NCBI GenBank assembly: GCA_052279835.1
Contig: CP181291.1
Location: forward strand, 5,280,001 to 5,344,000
Source: Microcoleus sp.
Lineage (GTDB): Bacteria > Cyanobacteriota > Cyanobacteriia > Cyanobacteriales > Microcoleaceae
Length of the DNA stretch: 64,000 nt
Direction of reading: 5' to 3'
In this document: positions 10,116 through 19,579 of the stretch, piece by piece
How the letters are laid out: each line of letters begins with the position of its first letter
How positions within the stretch are numbered: the first letter of the stretch is position 1
The notes under the pieces: model-generated
What the model was told of the DNA's origin: nothing
What the model saw: the letters and a program-made list of their open reading frames with translations, nothing else
Database searches by the model: none
Program-made: the position numbers and the translations under genes

Positions 10116-10568
10116 CTGTTCCGCTGGTAATGCGTACTGGATACAAATATTTGTATTAAGCAGTTTATCGTCGATCCTTTGACTCCTAAAGTTAATCAAT
10201 TATTCGATTGTCTTGAAGATCCGGCTGTTGAGTTTTTTGTGCCCGATCTGTTTTATATTGAGTGTGCTAATGTTCTTTGGAAATATGTTCGAGCTAAACT
10301 CTACACTGCCGAACAAGTTCAGGCCGATCTAAGTGACTTGAAAGCTTTACGATTTCAAGTTACTTCAACCAAAGAGCTAATGAATAAAGCTGTTCAAATT
10401 GGATTGGACTATGGTATCACAACTTATGATGGCTGCTATGTGGCACTGTCAGAGCAAGTCACAGCACCGTTGCTAACATTGGATGAACGGTTAGTGAATT
10501 CTTTGACAGGTAGTGAGTTTGATGTGCAATTGTTTACAAATTTTACAGTGCCGTCTTTATCTACTTAA
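10112..10568 (+). pseudogene. PIN/VapC toxin, apparently frameshifted after codon 5-6
   Basis: ATG 10112 frame stops after 15 codons; the PIN motif CVLDTNICIK (from 10131) is in the frame of the 10179-10568 ORF (E..N, YDGCY, LLTLDERL) but is preceded by TAA. Confidence 0.7.
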
Positions 10569-10590
10569 TAATTAGGATGAGTTTTAGTGA

Positions 10591-10619
10591 GCGATGCCTA
10601 CGGCTGGCTGCGCCTACGC
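10591..10619 (+). repeat. 21-nt small dispersed repeat inserted in a HIP1 site (SDR5-like)
   Basis: GCGAT-[GCCTACGGCTGGCTGCGCCTA]-CGC. Confidence 0.75.
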
Positions 10620-10677
10620 TATCCGTACAATTATCGCACTATTTGGTATTTGCTGTGAGGTGCGATCGCGCTTAGTT

Positions 10678-10769
10678 TTGATGCGCGATCGCGTGGGAGT
10701 GAGAAACCCGGTTTCTGAATAAAATCTCGGCGGCGATGCTTGAGTGATCTGAGAAACCCGGTTTCTTAA
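10678..10769 (+). repeat. Family-K repeat, second direct copy
   Basis: Matches 9690-9789. Confidence 0.85.
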
Positions 10770-10833
10770 GTTGCGATCGCACTGAATCTCAAGGAGCGCC
10801 ACTTCGTCCGCTACAATAAAGTCTTAGATGCTT

Positions 10834-13071
10834 TTATTGCAAATTCTTTTTCTCCTCCAATTCATTTAGTATATTTATCAATTTAGCCATGTCAGGACTA
10901 AGTGTATCTAACTGAGAAGCTAATTCTTTTTTTTCACCACTACTAAGTTTTTGGTTCTCCAAAGATTTTTTTAAACCATTCCTGTAGCTTTCCAAATAGC
11001 CATCAATTTGCCCAAAATATTGATTGATCGCCTCTTTAATATCTTTGTTGATAAAAGCATCAACCGCTCTTTCTATTGACTGCCGATTGTCTTCCATTTT
11101 TGTGCTGAATTGAGTCTCAAACTTTGACCTTGAGACTGTGTAGGTTTCATCAGTCCACCAAACCTTGTCGCTAAAGAAGAATTGGCCAGTTTTCTTAAGG
11201 AATGAATTTTTCTTAGATTCGTAATCAAATGATATATAACGAGACGTGCTGATCGCTGATACTTTAATATCTAACCGCAAGGGAGATAAATCAACGCTAA
11301 AAGCCTTTTCAATATCGTATTTAATTTTCCTCACAAGGGGTTCTGTGTTTTCCTCTAAGAAACGACGGATATCAGCCATCGTATAATCTACTTGCTTGCT
11401 GATTGCTGAAAGTGCAGAATCTATAGCATTATCTATTTTCCGTTCAGCAATTTTCTCAATCTTAACCTTCCAACTCTTGAACTCATCTTTACTCATCTCG
11501 TCGGTATAAGCCGTAGCACTATCTGAGAAGATTTGCTTAATCTCGCCAGGAAGCTCCTTATCTCGAAAAGCAGTAGAAAGAGTTAACTGTGCATCTCTTC
11601 GCAATTTATCCGTGTAAGTAGTTACTTTGTTAAGGCTGCTTCTTTGTTCCTCGAAATTTTCGAGTTGGGTTTGAAGCGAACTTATCATAAGGCTTAAGTC
11701 GTTTGCTTCTTGATCAAGTCCACTACGCTGTAACTTAATTTGATCGGATATGTGGGAAAGCTTGCTTCGGCATACCTTAAGTGCTGAATTTATACTGAGT
11801 CCCAACGCATTAGGTATCAAACCTTCAATAACTGGCTCTAAAAACTTACTGAAATAAGAATCTTCCCACAAATCGTCAGCCAGTTCTTTTGCTGATTCAA
11901 TATTAGCTCTTTCCAGTTCGCGAACTGCTTTTTTGCTCTCACCATATTGAGCTTCAAAAAGCGAACGCATAATGGGACTGTCTTTAGTTAAACCTTGCTT
12001 ATTTCGCTGATACTCTTTGTAAAATTCTCTCGCAGCTAAGGCATATAAGCCTGATACGGCGAATACCTGTTTCTCTGCATTAAAATCAGTACCCTCAAAC
12101 TTCTTACCCATATCTTTCTTAATTTCGGCTTCATCCTGTTCCCCAGATTTCCTTGCATCATATCTGTTGCACAAGACATAGATATTTTCTGCACCTCTAT
12201 TAGCTACCATTTTCCTTACTGCGTTAAGCGTCTCGATAGCTGCTGCATTGTTAGGCACTGTGTAGTCAACAATTGTTAGCACCAAAGAGCTTTGCTCCAA
12301 TTGTCTAGACATTACATCATAAAGAATTTTCTTCAACATTTGTTGAATTTTCTCATTAGAACTACCTTCATCTGCGCCAGGAGTATCTATCAGTACAAGT
12401 TTTCCGATGGAGTCAGAGCTAGGAATGTTAGAGAAGGGAATAAAAGGTGCTGTTATTCTTGGATATTCACGTAAGGAAAGGATATCATCTACCTTAACTT
12501 CCATCAGGAGACACATTCGGACTATATGATTTATTCCGGTCAAAAATCGGGAAATACTATCTGTACCATTCACTTTTGTCGGAAGAGTATCCCATTTACC
12601 AGCTTGGATATCATTAGCCAACCCTAAAAGATAACTATACTCTTGAAGCTCATTTTCTACTTGCTTACTACCTTTACGAATAATTTGTTTTTTGAGATTT
12701 AAAGTCAACTTTTCCAATATTTCTTTGGCATCATTAGGCAATAAAAGAGATGGATTCTCCACACCTACAACAAGTTCAATTTCGGTGGGTAAACTTGTCA
12801 TTCCCTTATTATGTGATGGTAGTAACTTCATCCCACTAATAGCATTGATAACTGTGGATTTTCCTGCTTTCATGGGGGCAATAATAGAAATTGATAGCTC
12901 TGCCTTTGTTACCTTTCTGACTTCGTTATCAATAATGTCTTTTTCCTTAGTATAGCCACCCTTCAATACGGACTCAACTTTAGCTATGAGCGAACTGCTT
13001 TTTTGTAAAATGTCAAGCGTTTCACGTTGCAAATGAGTAATCTTAGATTGTTGATTATTAGGGGGGTTCAT
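10834..13071 (-). CDS. Dynamin-family GTPase, CrfC/YjdA-like
   Basis: G1 APMKAGKST, G2 MTSLPT, G3 DTPG, G4 NRYD; long helical C-terminus; 745 aa. Confidence 0.85.
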   Translation of the reverse strand: MNPPNNQQSKITHLQRETLDILQKSSSLIAKVESVLKGGYTKEKDIIDNEVRKVTKAELSISIIAPMKAGKSTVINAISGMKLLPSHNKGMTSLPTEIELVVGVENPSLLLPNDAKEILEKLTLNLKKQIIRKGSKQVENELQEYSYLLGLANDIQAGKWDTLPTKVNGTDSISRFLTGINHIVRMCLLMEVKVDDILSLREYPRITAPFIPFSNIPSSDSIGKLVLIDTPGADEGSSNEKIQQMLKKILYDVMSRQLEQSSLVLTIVDYTVPNNAAAIETLNAVRKMVANRGAENIYVLCNRYDARKSGEQDEAEIKKDMGKKFEGTDFNAEKQVFAVSGLYALAAREFYKEYQRNKQGLTKDSPIMRSLFEAQYGESKKAVRELERANIESAKELADDLWEDSYFSKFLEPVIEGLIPNALGLSINSALKVCRSKLSHISDQIKLQRSGLDQEANDLSLMISSLQTQLENFEEQRSSLNKVTTYTDKLRRDAQLTLSTAFRDKELPGEIKQIFSDSATAYTDEMSKDEFKSWKVKIEKIAERKIDNAIDSALSAISKQVDYTMADIRRFLEENTEPLVRKIKYDIEKAFSVDLSPLRLDIKVSAISTSRYISFDYESKKNSFLKKTGQFFFSDKVWWTDETYTVSRSKFETQFSTKMEDNRQSIERAVDAFINKDIKEAINQYFGQIDGYLESYRNGLKKSLENQKLSSGEKKELASQLDTLSPDMAKLINILNELEEKKNLQ

Positions 13072-13274
13072 AGTTTTACTCTCTTTTATACTACTGCTCC
13101 TATGATCCTTAATAAATCCCTGATTTGCCTAGTCCCAAAATATACTATTTTGCCCCCAAATTCCCCCCACATTCACTCTCTTTAAATCTAAAAATATACT
13201 AAAATATCTAAAAACATACTAAAATGTCTAAAACTGTGCCATAATACACAAAATCATCCCAGCCTCTTAAGCCG

Positions 13275-14660
13275 ATGAATCTTAAAGAAATGTTAAACAT
13301 CGCCGATCGCATAGTCTTTGAGAAAACGGGTCAACATCTTGACGATTTACAAGAGGGGGTACTGAAAGCAACTCTACAACACGATACATACAAGCACGTA
13401 GCCAAAGACTTTGACTGTTCTGAAAGTCGTGTTAGGAATGCGGCTTCGGAATTATGGCAATTACTTTCAGAAGAGTTGGGAGAAGATGTCAATAAAAAGA
13501 ATTTTGCGTCGGCAATTCACAGGTTCCAAGTCTCTAATGTTTCAAACTTTTCAAAAGATGTTGTTGTAGGAATTGGTATCTTTAACCTCTGTGGAGAAGG
13601 AAGACACCCACCAAATATCCCAAACTCACACCCACCAAATCAAGAAACATCTCACACAAAACAACCTGAAACTCCACATCAAGATTTAAGCGAGATGCCA
13701 GAATTAGGTGCTTTTTACGATCGCACCCACGAACTCCAAACCCTCACAACCTCGATTCTACAACAACACAGCCGCCTCATAGCCATCACCGGCATCAGTG
13801 GCATCGGCAAAACAACCCTAGCAGTAAAACTCGTACAACAAATTAAAGACGAGTTTGAGTACGTAGCTTGGTACACACTAGACGAATTCCCCACCATAGA
13901 TAAATTTCAATCTAACCTAATACAGCTTTTATCCAATTCCGAAAAACAAGATTCATCCCCAACCAACCAGAAACGCTTACCGCTGATTAAGTATTTACAA
14001 AAATATCGCTGTTTAATAATCTTAGATGACGTTCAAAACCTTTTCTGTAGCGGCGAATTTGCAGGAAAGTATAAACCTGAATGCGAAGAATATCGCTCTT
14101 TATTCAAACAAATAGAAAAATTATCCCATCAAAGCTGCTTGCTGCTAATCGGTTGGGAACAACCCAGAGAAGTGACTCAAGTTAAAAACCAAAATACTCC
14201 CATTCGTACTTTACAACTCAAAGGTTTAGACATCGCAGCCGGACGGGAAATACTCAGAGATTATGGATTAGTAGAAAGCGATAACAGTGAAACACTCATT
14301 CATCGTTATCAAGGCAACCCGTTATGGTTAAAAAGCGTGGCGAGTCTGATTCAAGAATTGGGAGGAGCAGTGACAGAGTTATTACCAAATGATACCATAT
14401 TGTTGCCGGAAGATTTGAAAGATGTTTTACACCAGCAGTTCGATCGCCTATCGGAACTAGAAAAACAAGTAATCTCGTTGTTGGCCAAAGAAAGCCAGCC
14501 AGTCGATCGCATAAAATTACTTGAAAATGATACAATTCCGCTACCAGATTTGGCAAATGCGCTGCAATCTCTATCGCGGCGCTGCTGGATAGAACAACAA
14601 GGAAGTAGTTACACTCTGCCGCCTGTGTTGAAGCAATATGCGATCGCCCATGCAGTGTAA
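13275..14660 (+). CDS. NB-ARC/STAND ATPase with N-terminal HTH-like domain and no C-terminal repeat domain
   Basis: Walker A GISGIGKT, Walker B LIILDD, YQGNPLWL; N-terminal HLDDLQ..VL...L....Y..VA....ASELWQLLS. Confidence 0.85.
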   Translation: MNLKEMLNIADRIVFEKTGQHLDDLQEGVLKATLQHDTYKHVAKDFDCSESRVRNAASELWQLLSEELGEDVNKKNFASAIHRFQVSNVSNFSKDVVVGIGIFNLCGEGRHPPNIPNSHPPNQETSHTKQPETPHQDLSEMPELGAFYDRTHELQTLTTSILQQHSRLIAITGISGIGKTTLAVKLVQQIKDEFEYVAWYTLDEFPTIDKFQSNLIQLLSNSEKQDSSPTNQKRLPLIKYLQKYRCLIILDDVQNLFCSGEFAGKYKPECEEYRSLFKQIEKLSHQSCLLLIGWEQPREVTQVKNQNTPIRTLQLKGLDIAAGREILRDYGLVESDNSETLIHRYQGNPLWLKSVASLIQELGGAVTELLPNDTILLPEDLKDVLHQQFDRLSELEKQVISLLAKESQPVDRIKLLENDTIPLPDLANALQSLSRRCWIEQQGSSYTLPPVLKQYAIAHAV

Positions 14661-14728
14661 TGGATACAACCATTGCTGGCATTCTATGATACACTAGGAG
14701 TGAGCAGTGATAAGGACATATAAATCAA

Positions 14729-15013
14729 GTGGAAATCACAGGTTTTATCTGGCTAGAAGATATCGTTGAAAAACTAGCTCGAAAACATTCTGTTAGCCCA
14801 CAAGAAGTTAGAGAAGTCTTTGAGAACTTTGCAGTTTTCCGCTTTGTCGAAAAAGGGCATCGTCAGGGTGAAAATGTTTACGCTGCTTTGGGACAAACTG
14901 ATGCCGGACGCTACTTGATTGTTTTCTTTGTTTATAAAGAAGATAGGCAAGCATTAATTTTATCTGCACGGGACATGACAAATGCTGAACGAAGAAAATA
15001 CCAGAAAACGTAA
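14729..15013 (+). CDS. BrnT-family toxin
   Basis: F.W...KH.V...E..EVF, GQTDAGRYLIVFF, ILSARDM...ERRKY. Confidence 0.85.
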   Translation: MEITGFIWLEDIVEKLARKHSVSPQEVREVFENFAVFRFVEKGHRQGENVYAALGQTDAGRYLIVFFVYKEDRQALILSARDMTNAERRKYQKT

Positions 15014-15263
15014 AAGTGCTATCTCAGAAGCTGAATCTTATCAGCAAATAGGTGAGTTTTGGGACGATCGCGATCTGGCAGATTATTGGGAGGAAACTGA
15101 TGCTGCTGAGTTTTCAGTAAATCTTCAATCTGAGATCATATATTATCGTGTTGAAGTAACTTTATCAGAGCAAATTCGTTCCATCGCTAAACGTCAAGGT
15201 GTTTCTCCAGAAACGCTTTTGAATTTGTGGGTGCAGGAGAAACTTAGCAAAGAAATAGCGTGA
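14982..15263 (+). CDS. BrnA/CopG-like antitoxin
   Basis: EFWD..DLADYW and C-terminal RHH (IAKRQGVSPETLLNLWVQEKL); overlaps brnT. Confidence 0.8.
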   Translation: MLNEENTRKRKSAISEAESYQQIGEFWDDRDLADYWEETDAAEFSVNLQSEIIYYRVEVTLSEQIRSIAKRQGVSPETLLNLWVQEKLSKEIA

Positions 15264-15375
15264 AGGGACAACAATGAGTTGTAACCAAAATCTAAAATCT
15301 AAAATCTAAAATCCAAAATCAGATCGCCCTTTTCTTCAAGCTATTCTAGAAACATACTTCATTCCCGATCGCATT

Positions 15376-15939
15376 ATGGTTGCCTTACCCGATCGCCTAT
15401 TGATGAGCCCAGAAGAATACCTGGCTTGGGAACCCACCCAAGAGGAACGCTACGAGTATTGGGATGGCGAAGTCGTCGCCATGAGTGGCGGAACCCGCAA
15501 TCACAATCGGATTACCTTCAACTTCTCGAAACTCCTGGATGATGCCCTTGTCGATCGCCCTTGCGAGATGTACATGGCGGATGTCAAAGTCCAAGTGGAA
15601 CGAGGGCAAAAGTATTTTTATCCTGATGTTGTGGTAACTTGCGACGATCGCGATAACGATCCACAATTAGTGCAATTTCCTTCCTTGATTATCGAAGTTT
15701 TATCGCCTTCCACCGAAGCAGTAGATCGCGGTACTAAATTTGCTAAATATCGCCAATTTTCAACACTGCAAGAGTATGTCTTGGTGCAAGTTGAACAGCC
15801 AGGAGTAGAGATGTTTCGGCGCAATCAACAGGGGCAATGGGTTCTCTCTGAGTATGGTTTTGGCGATTCCTTGCAACTTGAATCGGTGAATCTAAAAATT
15901 GCGATCGCCGATTTATATCGCCAAGTACAATTTTCTTAG
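15376..15939 (+). CDS. Uma2 (DUF820) family protein
   Basis: RYEYWDGEVVAM, YPDVVV, IEVLSPST, K...Y.....LQEYVLV. Confidence 0.9.
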   Translation: MVALPDRLLMSPEEYLAWEPTQEERYEYWDGEVVAMSGGTRNHNRITFNFSKLLDDALVDRPCEMYMADVKVQVERGQKYFYPDVVVTCDDRDNDPQLVQFPSLIIEVLSPSTEAVDRGTKFAKYRQFSTLQEYVLVQVEQPGVEMFRRNQQGQWVLSEYGFGDSLQLESVNLKIAIADLYRQVQFS

Positions 15940-15955
15940 TTGCATCGGAATGATA

Positions 15956-16254
15956 TAGAGGAGACGGCAGTGCCCATTGGTGTCAACAACCAGGTACAAC
16001 CAATAGTCCGGCAGGGGTTGAAACCCCTGCCTCAAAGCGCAAGTCCTCTCAAAGAGGACTGAAGAGAAGCATTTTCAACTCTTGAGTCCTCTTTGAGAGG
16101 ACTTTAGCTATTAGACAGGGAATTAATTCCCTGTCGGACTCGCGGGATGACTAATGGACTTGGAAGGCTTTCAAGCTTAAGTTGACACCAATGGGCTTGG
16201 CCTTAGTCCCTACAATGTTATTTTGGGTAGGGACTAAGGCCAAGCCGTCTCCTA
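15956..16254. mobile_element. Composite non-autonomous MITE/REP-like element, family M
   Basis: Inverted repeats GCCCATTGGTGTCAAC...GTTGACACCAATGGGC with internal AGTCCTCTCAAAGAGGACT/AGTCCTCTTTGAGAGGACT pair; second copy at 47830-48075. Confidence 0.75.
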
Positions 16255-16287
16255 ATTTCTTAAGCAGGATTTACGCACTCTGACCAA

Positions 16288-16353
16288 AGAAACCGGGTTT
16301 TTACCTAATCTGTCGGCTGCGACGACATATCTGGGCAAAAAACCCGGTTTCTG
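16288..16353. repeat. Family-K repeat
   Basis: AGAAACCGGGTTTTT...AAAAACCCGGTTTCT inverted pair. Confidence 0.75.
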
Positions 16354-16373
16354 GGCGCCATTGTAAATCCTAT

Positions 16374-18725
16374 TTAAACAAACTGACCAGTTGTAGTCGA
16401 TCGCACGCGACGAATTCCAATCACCGAGGGCATGGGGGAACGACGCGAATCATTGGAGATATTACTCGGCCACAAACTGCCGCGAGAAACAGTCCGAGTC
16501 TGATTGAAAACAGCACCGTTCAAATCCAACATCTCAATTTGTCGGCTGAGTACAGTACCATCATCGATCGGGCAATCTTCGCCAGGATGCTGCACTGAAA
16601 GCAACAGCGTATCTCCGATAAAAGTTGGTCCAGTCATTTCGCAGCGATTCGGCCCATAAGCAAAGGGAATTACACTTCCTGCATTCGGCCCGGCAGTGGG
16701 AATGTAAAACAGCCAATTGTTGCCGAAAACACCAGTAAACTCTGATGTATTACCAGTCTTCTTGTGGTCGATTGCAGCTTGTTTTGCCGCAGAACCAACA
16801 TCAAAACCATTGTGCGTGCTAGTAGACATATCAGTCACACCCCAAATATTACCTTGAGTGTCAAACTCCAAATTGTCTACACTAGCAAATCCTGCGCCAG
16901 CTACCGCACCAGCCTCTCCACCTTGACTAAAACGCTGCCAGCGGAAAGTCGAACCCGCACCGTCGGAACTATCTTCAATTATCTTGTAAATTCCTCCTGA
17001 CTGCTGACCGCTATTGAGGGCGGCAGTGTATTTCGCAACAGAAAAAATGCGAGAATCTGGATAGCCGTCGCTTCCGGGTGCGCCGTCAGTATAAGCAATG
17101 AAAACTTCCTTAGTAGTAGGATTGATTTCCAAATCTTCAGGCCGCGCTGTCGGAGTACCACCAATTAAATTAGCAGCTAAAAAGGCATCAACTAAAACTG
17201 CACCTTGGCTGGTATAGAAATTAGCAAGAGTTTTATTTCTGTAGCCAGAAAGTGCTGTTGCTTCATTAGTTGTATCTACCACAAACGAACCGCCATCTTC
17301 GGTTTGACCGGCAATTCCGGCACGTTTTGGGAAGCGAGTATTGGCATCTCTTTGAGCTTTGCCAAAACTTGCTAATTCGGCTTCGCCCATTTTTTTGGGA
17401 CTTACTGGATTGGTCTGGCTATTTAATGTCAGCGGCAGCCATCTTCCCGCACCGTTACGATTGAATTGAGCAACGTACAAAATGCCATCTTCAAACAAGC
17501 GGCTGTTGTTTTTATCTGCGGGATTGGTGATAGTACCGTTGCTGACAAATTTCCAGGTGTGTCCGCCGCGGCGATCGTCTCCCATGTACACTACTAATTT
17601 GCGGCCTGCTTCGGCGCGAATCGCCACGTTTTCGTGGCGGAAACGACCTAAAGCGGTGTGTTTGCGGGGGCGGAAACTGGGATCTTGGGGATCGACTTCT
17701 ACCATCCAGCCGTATTTTTCGCCTACTAAGCCGAATTCTTCACCCGTAGTCCCCTTGGCGTAGCTGGTTTGGCTACCGTTGGGTTTGATGTTTTCTTGAA
17801 CTCCGACGAAGAATAGTTCGCTACCTTGGAAGTTTTCTTCGGCGGAGAGGATTGTACCCCAGGGGGTTGTGCCACCGGAACAGTTGTAGGCTGTACCGAT
17901 GATCCGGTTTCCCAGCCCGTCGCTGTTGACTTGGGCGAAGACTTGGGTGGCTGCGGGGCCGGTACCTGTAAGATATTTGTCGTCGCCTTGTCTGCTTCCC
18001 CAGGATGTGACATCTTTGTATTGGTCGGCACGCTGGCTGTTGATTCCGAGGCCGGAAAGTCCGTGGATACGGCGGTTGAGGGGGTCGCGGGCGATCGCCC
18101 CAAATCTCCCATTGGCTTGTTTGGTGATGCGGACGATGGAACCACCCATATTGTACAAAAATTCGCCCAGGGTAGCGCGATTCTTTACCGATAAGTCTAT
18201 ACCGATGACGGCGCGATCAGTGGCTGGAAATGATGCCACATCTGAGGGCGCTTCCGGTGCGACTTTTGACATCGGGAAGGATATGTACTCGTGGTTTACC
18301 CACAGATAGCCGTCGTCATTGCTGCCGCGAAGGCCTACAAAACCGGTATAGTCGTTGTTGTAACCGAAATAGTCCGATGGATCGGGAAAAACGCGATCGC
18401 CCCAGCGGAGAATCACATAGCGTTCGTATTCCGGTGGTACAACTACATCGTCAACAACGTTGTAGCTAGTTAATTTAGTATTCTGCGAAGCCGCCATCAC
18501 AGTTCCTTGTCCGTTTAGGCCGGTTGGCATAAAGCTGGACAATTCTTGATAAACTGGCAGGGGGTGAGGAAGTCTTACCGGAGTGAAAGATAGTGGACTA
18601 AGCACAGCTTCGGCAGAGGTGGAATTGATGCCGAATAGTGTTTGAGTTAGTTGAGGTGCAAGGACAGTAGTAGCTGCACTGCTACCGAAAAAAATTAGCA
18701 GTTGTCGGCGAGTTATTTTAGACAT
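16374..18725 (-). CDS. phoX: PhoX-family (DUF839) alkaline phosphatase, Tat-exported
   Basis: Twin-arginine TRRQLL signal; LWVNHEY, NCSGG.TPWGT.LSAEEN, LGRFRHE, RPED, DNL, EMTGP, VQHPGE. Confidence 0.9.
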   Translation of the reverse strand: MSKITRRQLLIFFGSSAATTVLAPQLTQTLFGINSTSAEAVLSPLSFTPVRLPHPLPVYQELSSFMPTGLNGQGTVMAASQNTKLTSYNVVDDVVVPPEYERYVILRWGDRVFPDPSDYFGYNNDYTGFVGLRGSNDDGYLWVNHEYISFPMSKVAPEAPSDVASFPATDRAVIGIDLSVKNRATLGEFLYNMGGSIVRITKQANGRFGAIARDPLNRRIHGLSGLGINSQRADQYKDVTSWGSRQGDDKYLTGTGPAATQVFAQVNSDGLGNRIIGTAYNCSGGTTPWGTILSAEENFQGSELFFVGVQENIKPNGSQTSYAKGTTGEEFGLVGEKYGWMVEVDPQDPSFRPRKHTALGRFRHENVAIRAEAGRKLVVYMGDDRRGGHTWKFVSNGTITNPADKNNSRLFEDGILYVAQFNRNGAGRWLPLTLNSQTNPVSPKKMGEAELASFGKAQRDANTRFPKRAGIAGQTEDGGSFVVDTTNEATALSGYRNKTLANFYTSQGAVLVDAFLAANLIGGTPTARPEDLEINPTTKEVFIAYTDGAPGSDGYPDSRIFSVAKYTAALNSGQQSGGIYKIIEDSSDGAGSTFRWQRFSQGGEAGAVAGAGFASVDNLEFDTQGNIWGVTDMSTSTHNGFDVGSAAKQAAIDHKKTGNTSEFTGVFGNNWLFYIPTAGPNAGSVIPFAYGPNRCEMTGPTFIGDTLLLSVQHPGEDCPIDDGTVLSRQIEMLDLNGAVFNQTRTVSRGSLWPSNISNDSRRSPMPSVIGIRRVRSTTTGQFV

Positions 18726-18812
18726 AAATTCCTGTTCAACCCCACATCCCTAATCTGGTGATTCTCTATGAGATTTTATCGTTGTTAAATTAAGGGAAGT
18801 TAACATGAAGGT

Positions 18813-18842
18813 TAATTAAATTAAAATTATATTTTGGTTAAT
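18813..18842 (-). promoter_or_regulatory. Candidate cyanobacterial Pho box upstream of phoX
   Basis: Minus strand ATTAACCA-aaa-TATAATTT-taa-TTTAATTA: three YTTAAYYW-like units at 11-bp period; AT-rich context lowers specificity. Confidence 0.4.
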
Positions 18843-18911
18843 GATTGGTTATTTGTTATTGGTTATTTGTTATTTGTTACCGATGCCCGATGCCCCATGC
18901 CCGATGTCGTA

Positions 18912-19379
18912 TTAGTCATCTCGAAAGCCTGGATCGTTTTGTCGGTCGGCCGGTCGGCTGGGTGCAGGTACGTTAATAGTTTGCGAGGGCCCAGAATTTG
19001 AGGATGAGATATTGCCCTCTCTGAATCCCAAGAGGTATTTAGCATCGGCAAAATATCTAGTCCACTGTTCGATTCTGGAATCTTTCTGCCACTGGTTGCG
19101 AGATACTCTCGATCGCAAAACAGGAACCATTCGTCTGCTGCGATCCGCTGTAACTATAATCGTCACCTCTGTCAATCCGGGATTGTTTTGGAACTCGCGG
19201 GCGATCGACTCTTTCGCTAAATCTTCCGCCTGCTGTACTAAACTGGCAAAAGATTGACTATCATCGGAATTTACTGTAAGATAGGTTTCCTTAGTTTCAG
19301 CCAAGGCGATCGATGTACTTGATGTAAAATTAATAGTGACTAGAATCAAGGCAGACAAAAGGAGACGGTAAAAACTCAT
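18912..19379 (-). CDS. Conserved cyanobacterial secreted hypothetical protein
   Basis: Signal peptide from MSFYRLL; VPVLRSRVSRNQW..WTRYF..A..LLGF pattern. Confidence 0.65.
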   Translation of the reverse strand: MSFYRLLLSALILVTINFTSSTSIALAETKETYLTVNSDDSQSFASLVQQAEDLAKESIAREFQNNPGLTEVTIIVTADRSRRMVPVLRSRVSRNQWQKDSRIEQWTRYFADAKYLLGFREGNISSSNSGPSQTINVPAPSRPADRQNDPGFRDD

Positions 19380-19579
19380 TAATTTGCAAATTAAACACTG
19401 ATACTTATCAAGTATAATCAACAAAGATTAAGCATAAATTAAGCTAAAATTAAAACAATTTGTTACAGAACCATCGAGACTTATATCAAATCCACTCTTC
19501 ATCAGACTTATTCATCTCCGTTATCTCCCTCTGCGTTCTCTGTGTTCTCTGCGGTTAAAATATTCCAATTCAAATTCCA

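Noticed and set aside
8200..16370. Integron or prophage as an explanation for the accessory cluster
   Set aside because: No integrase, phage structural genes or convincing attC-type sites seen
16764..18473. Overlapping ORFs within phoX
   Set aside because: Alternate-frame shadows in a GC-richer coding stretch
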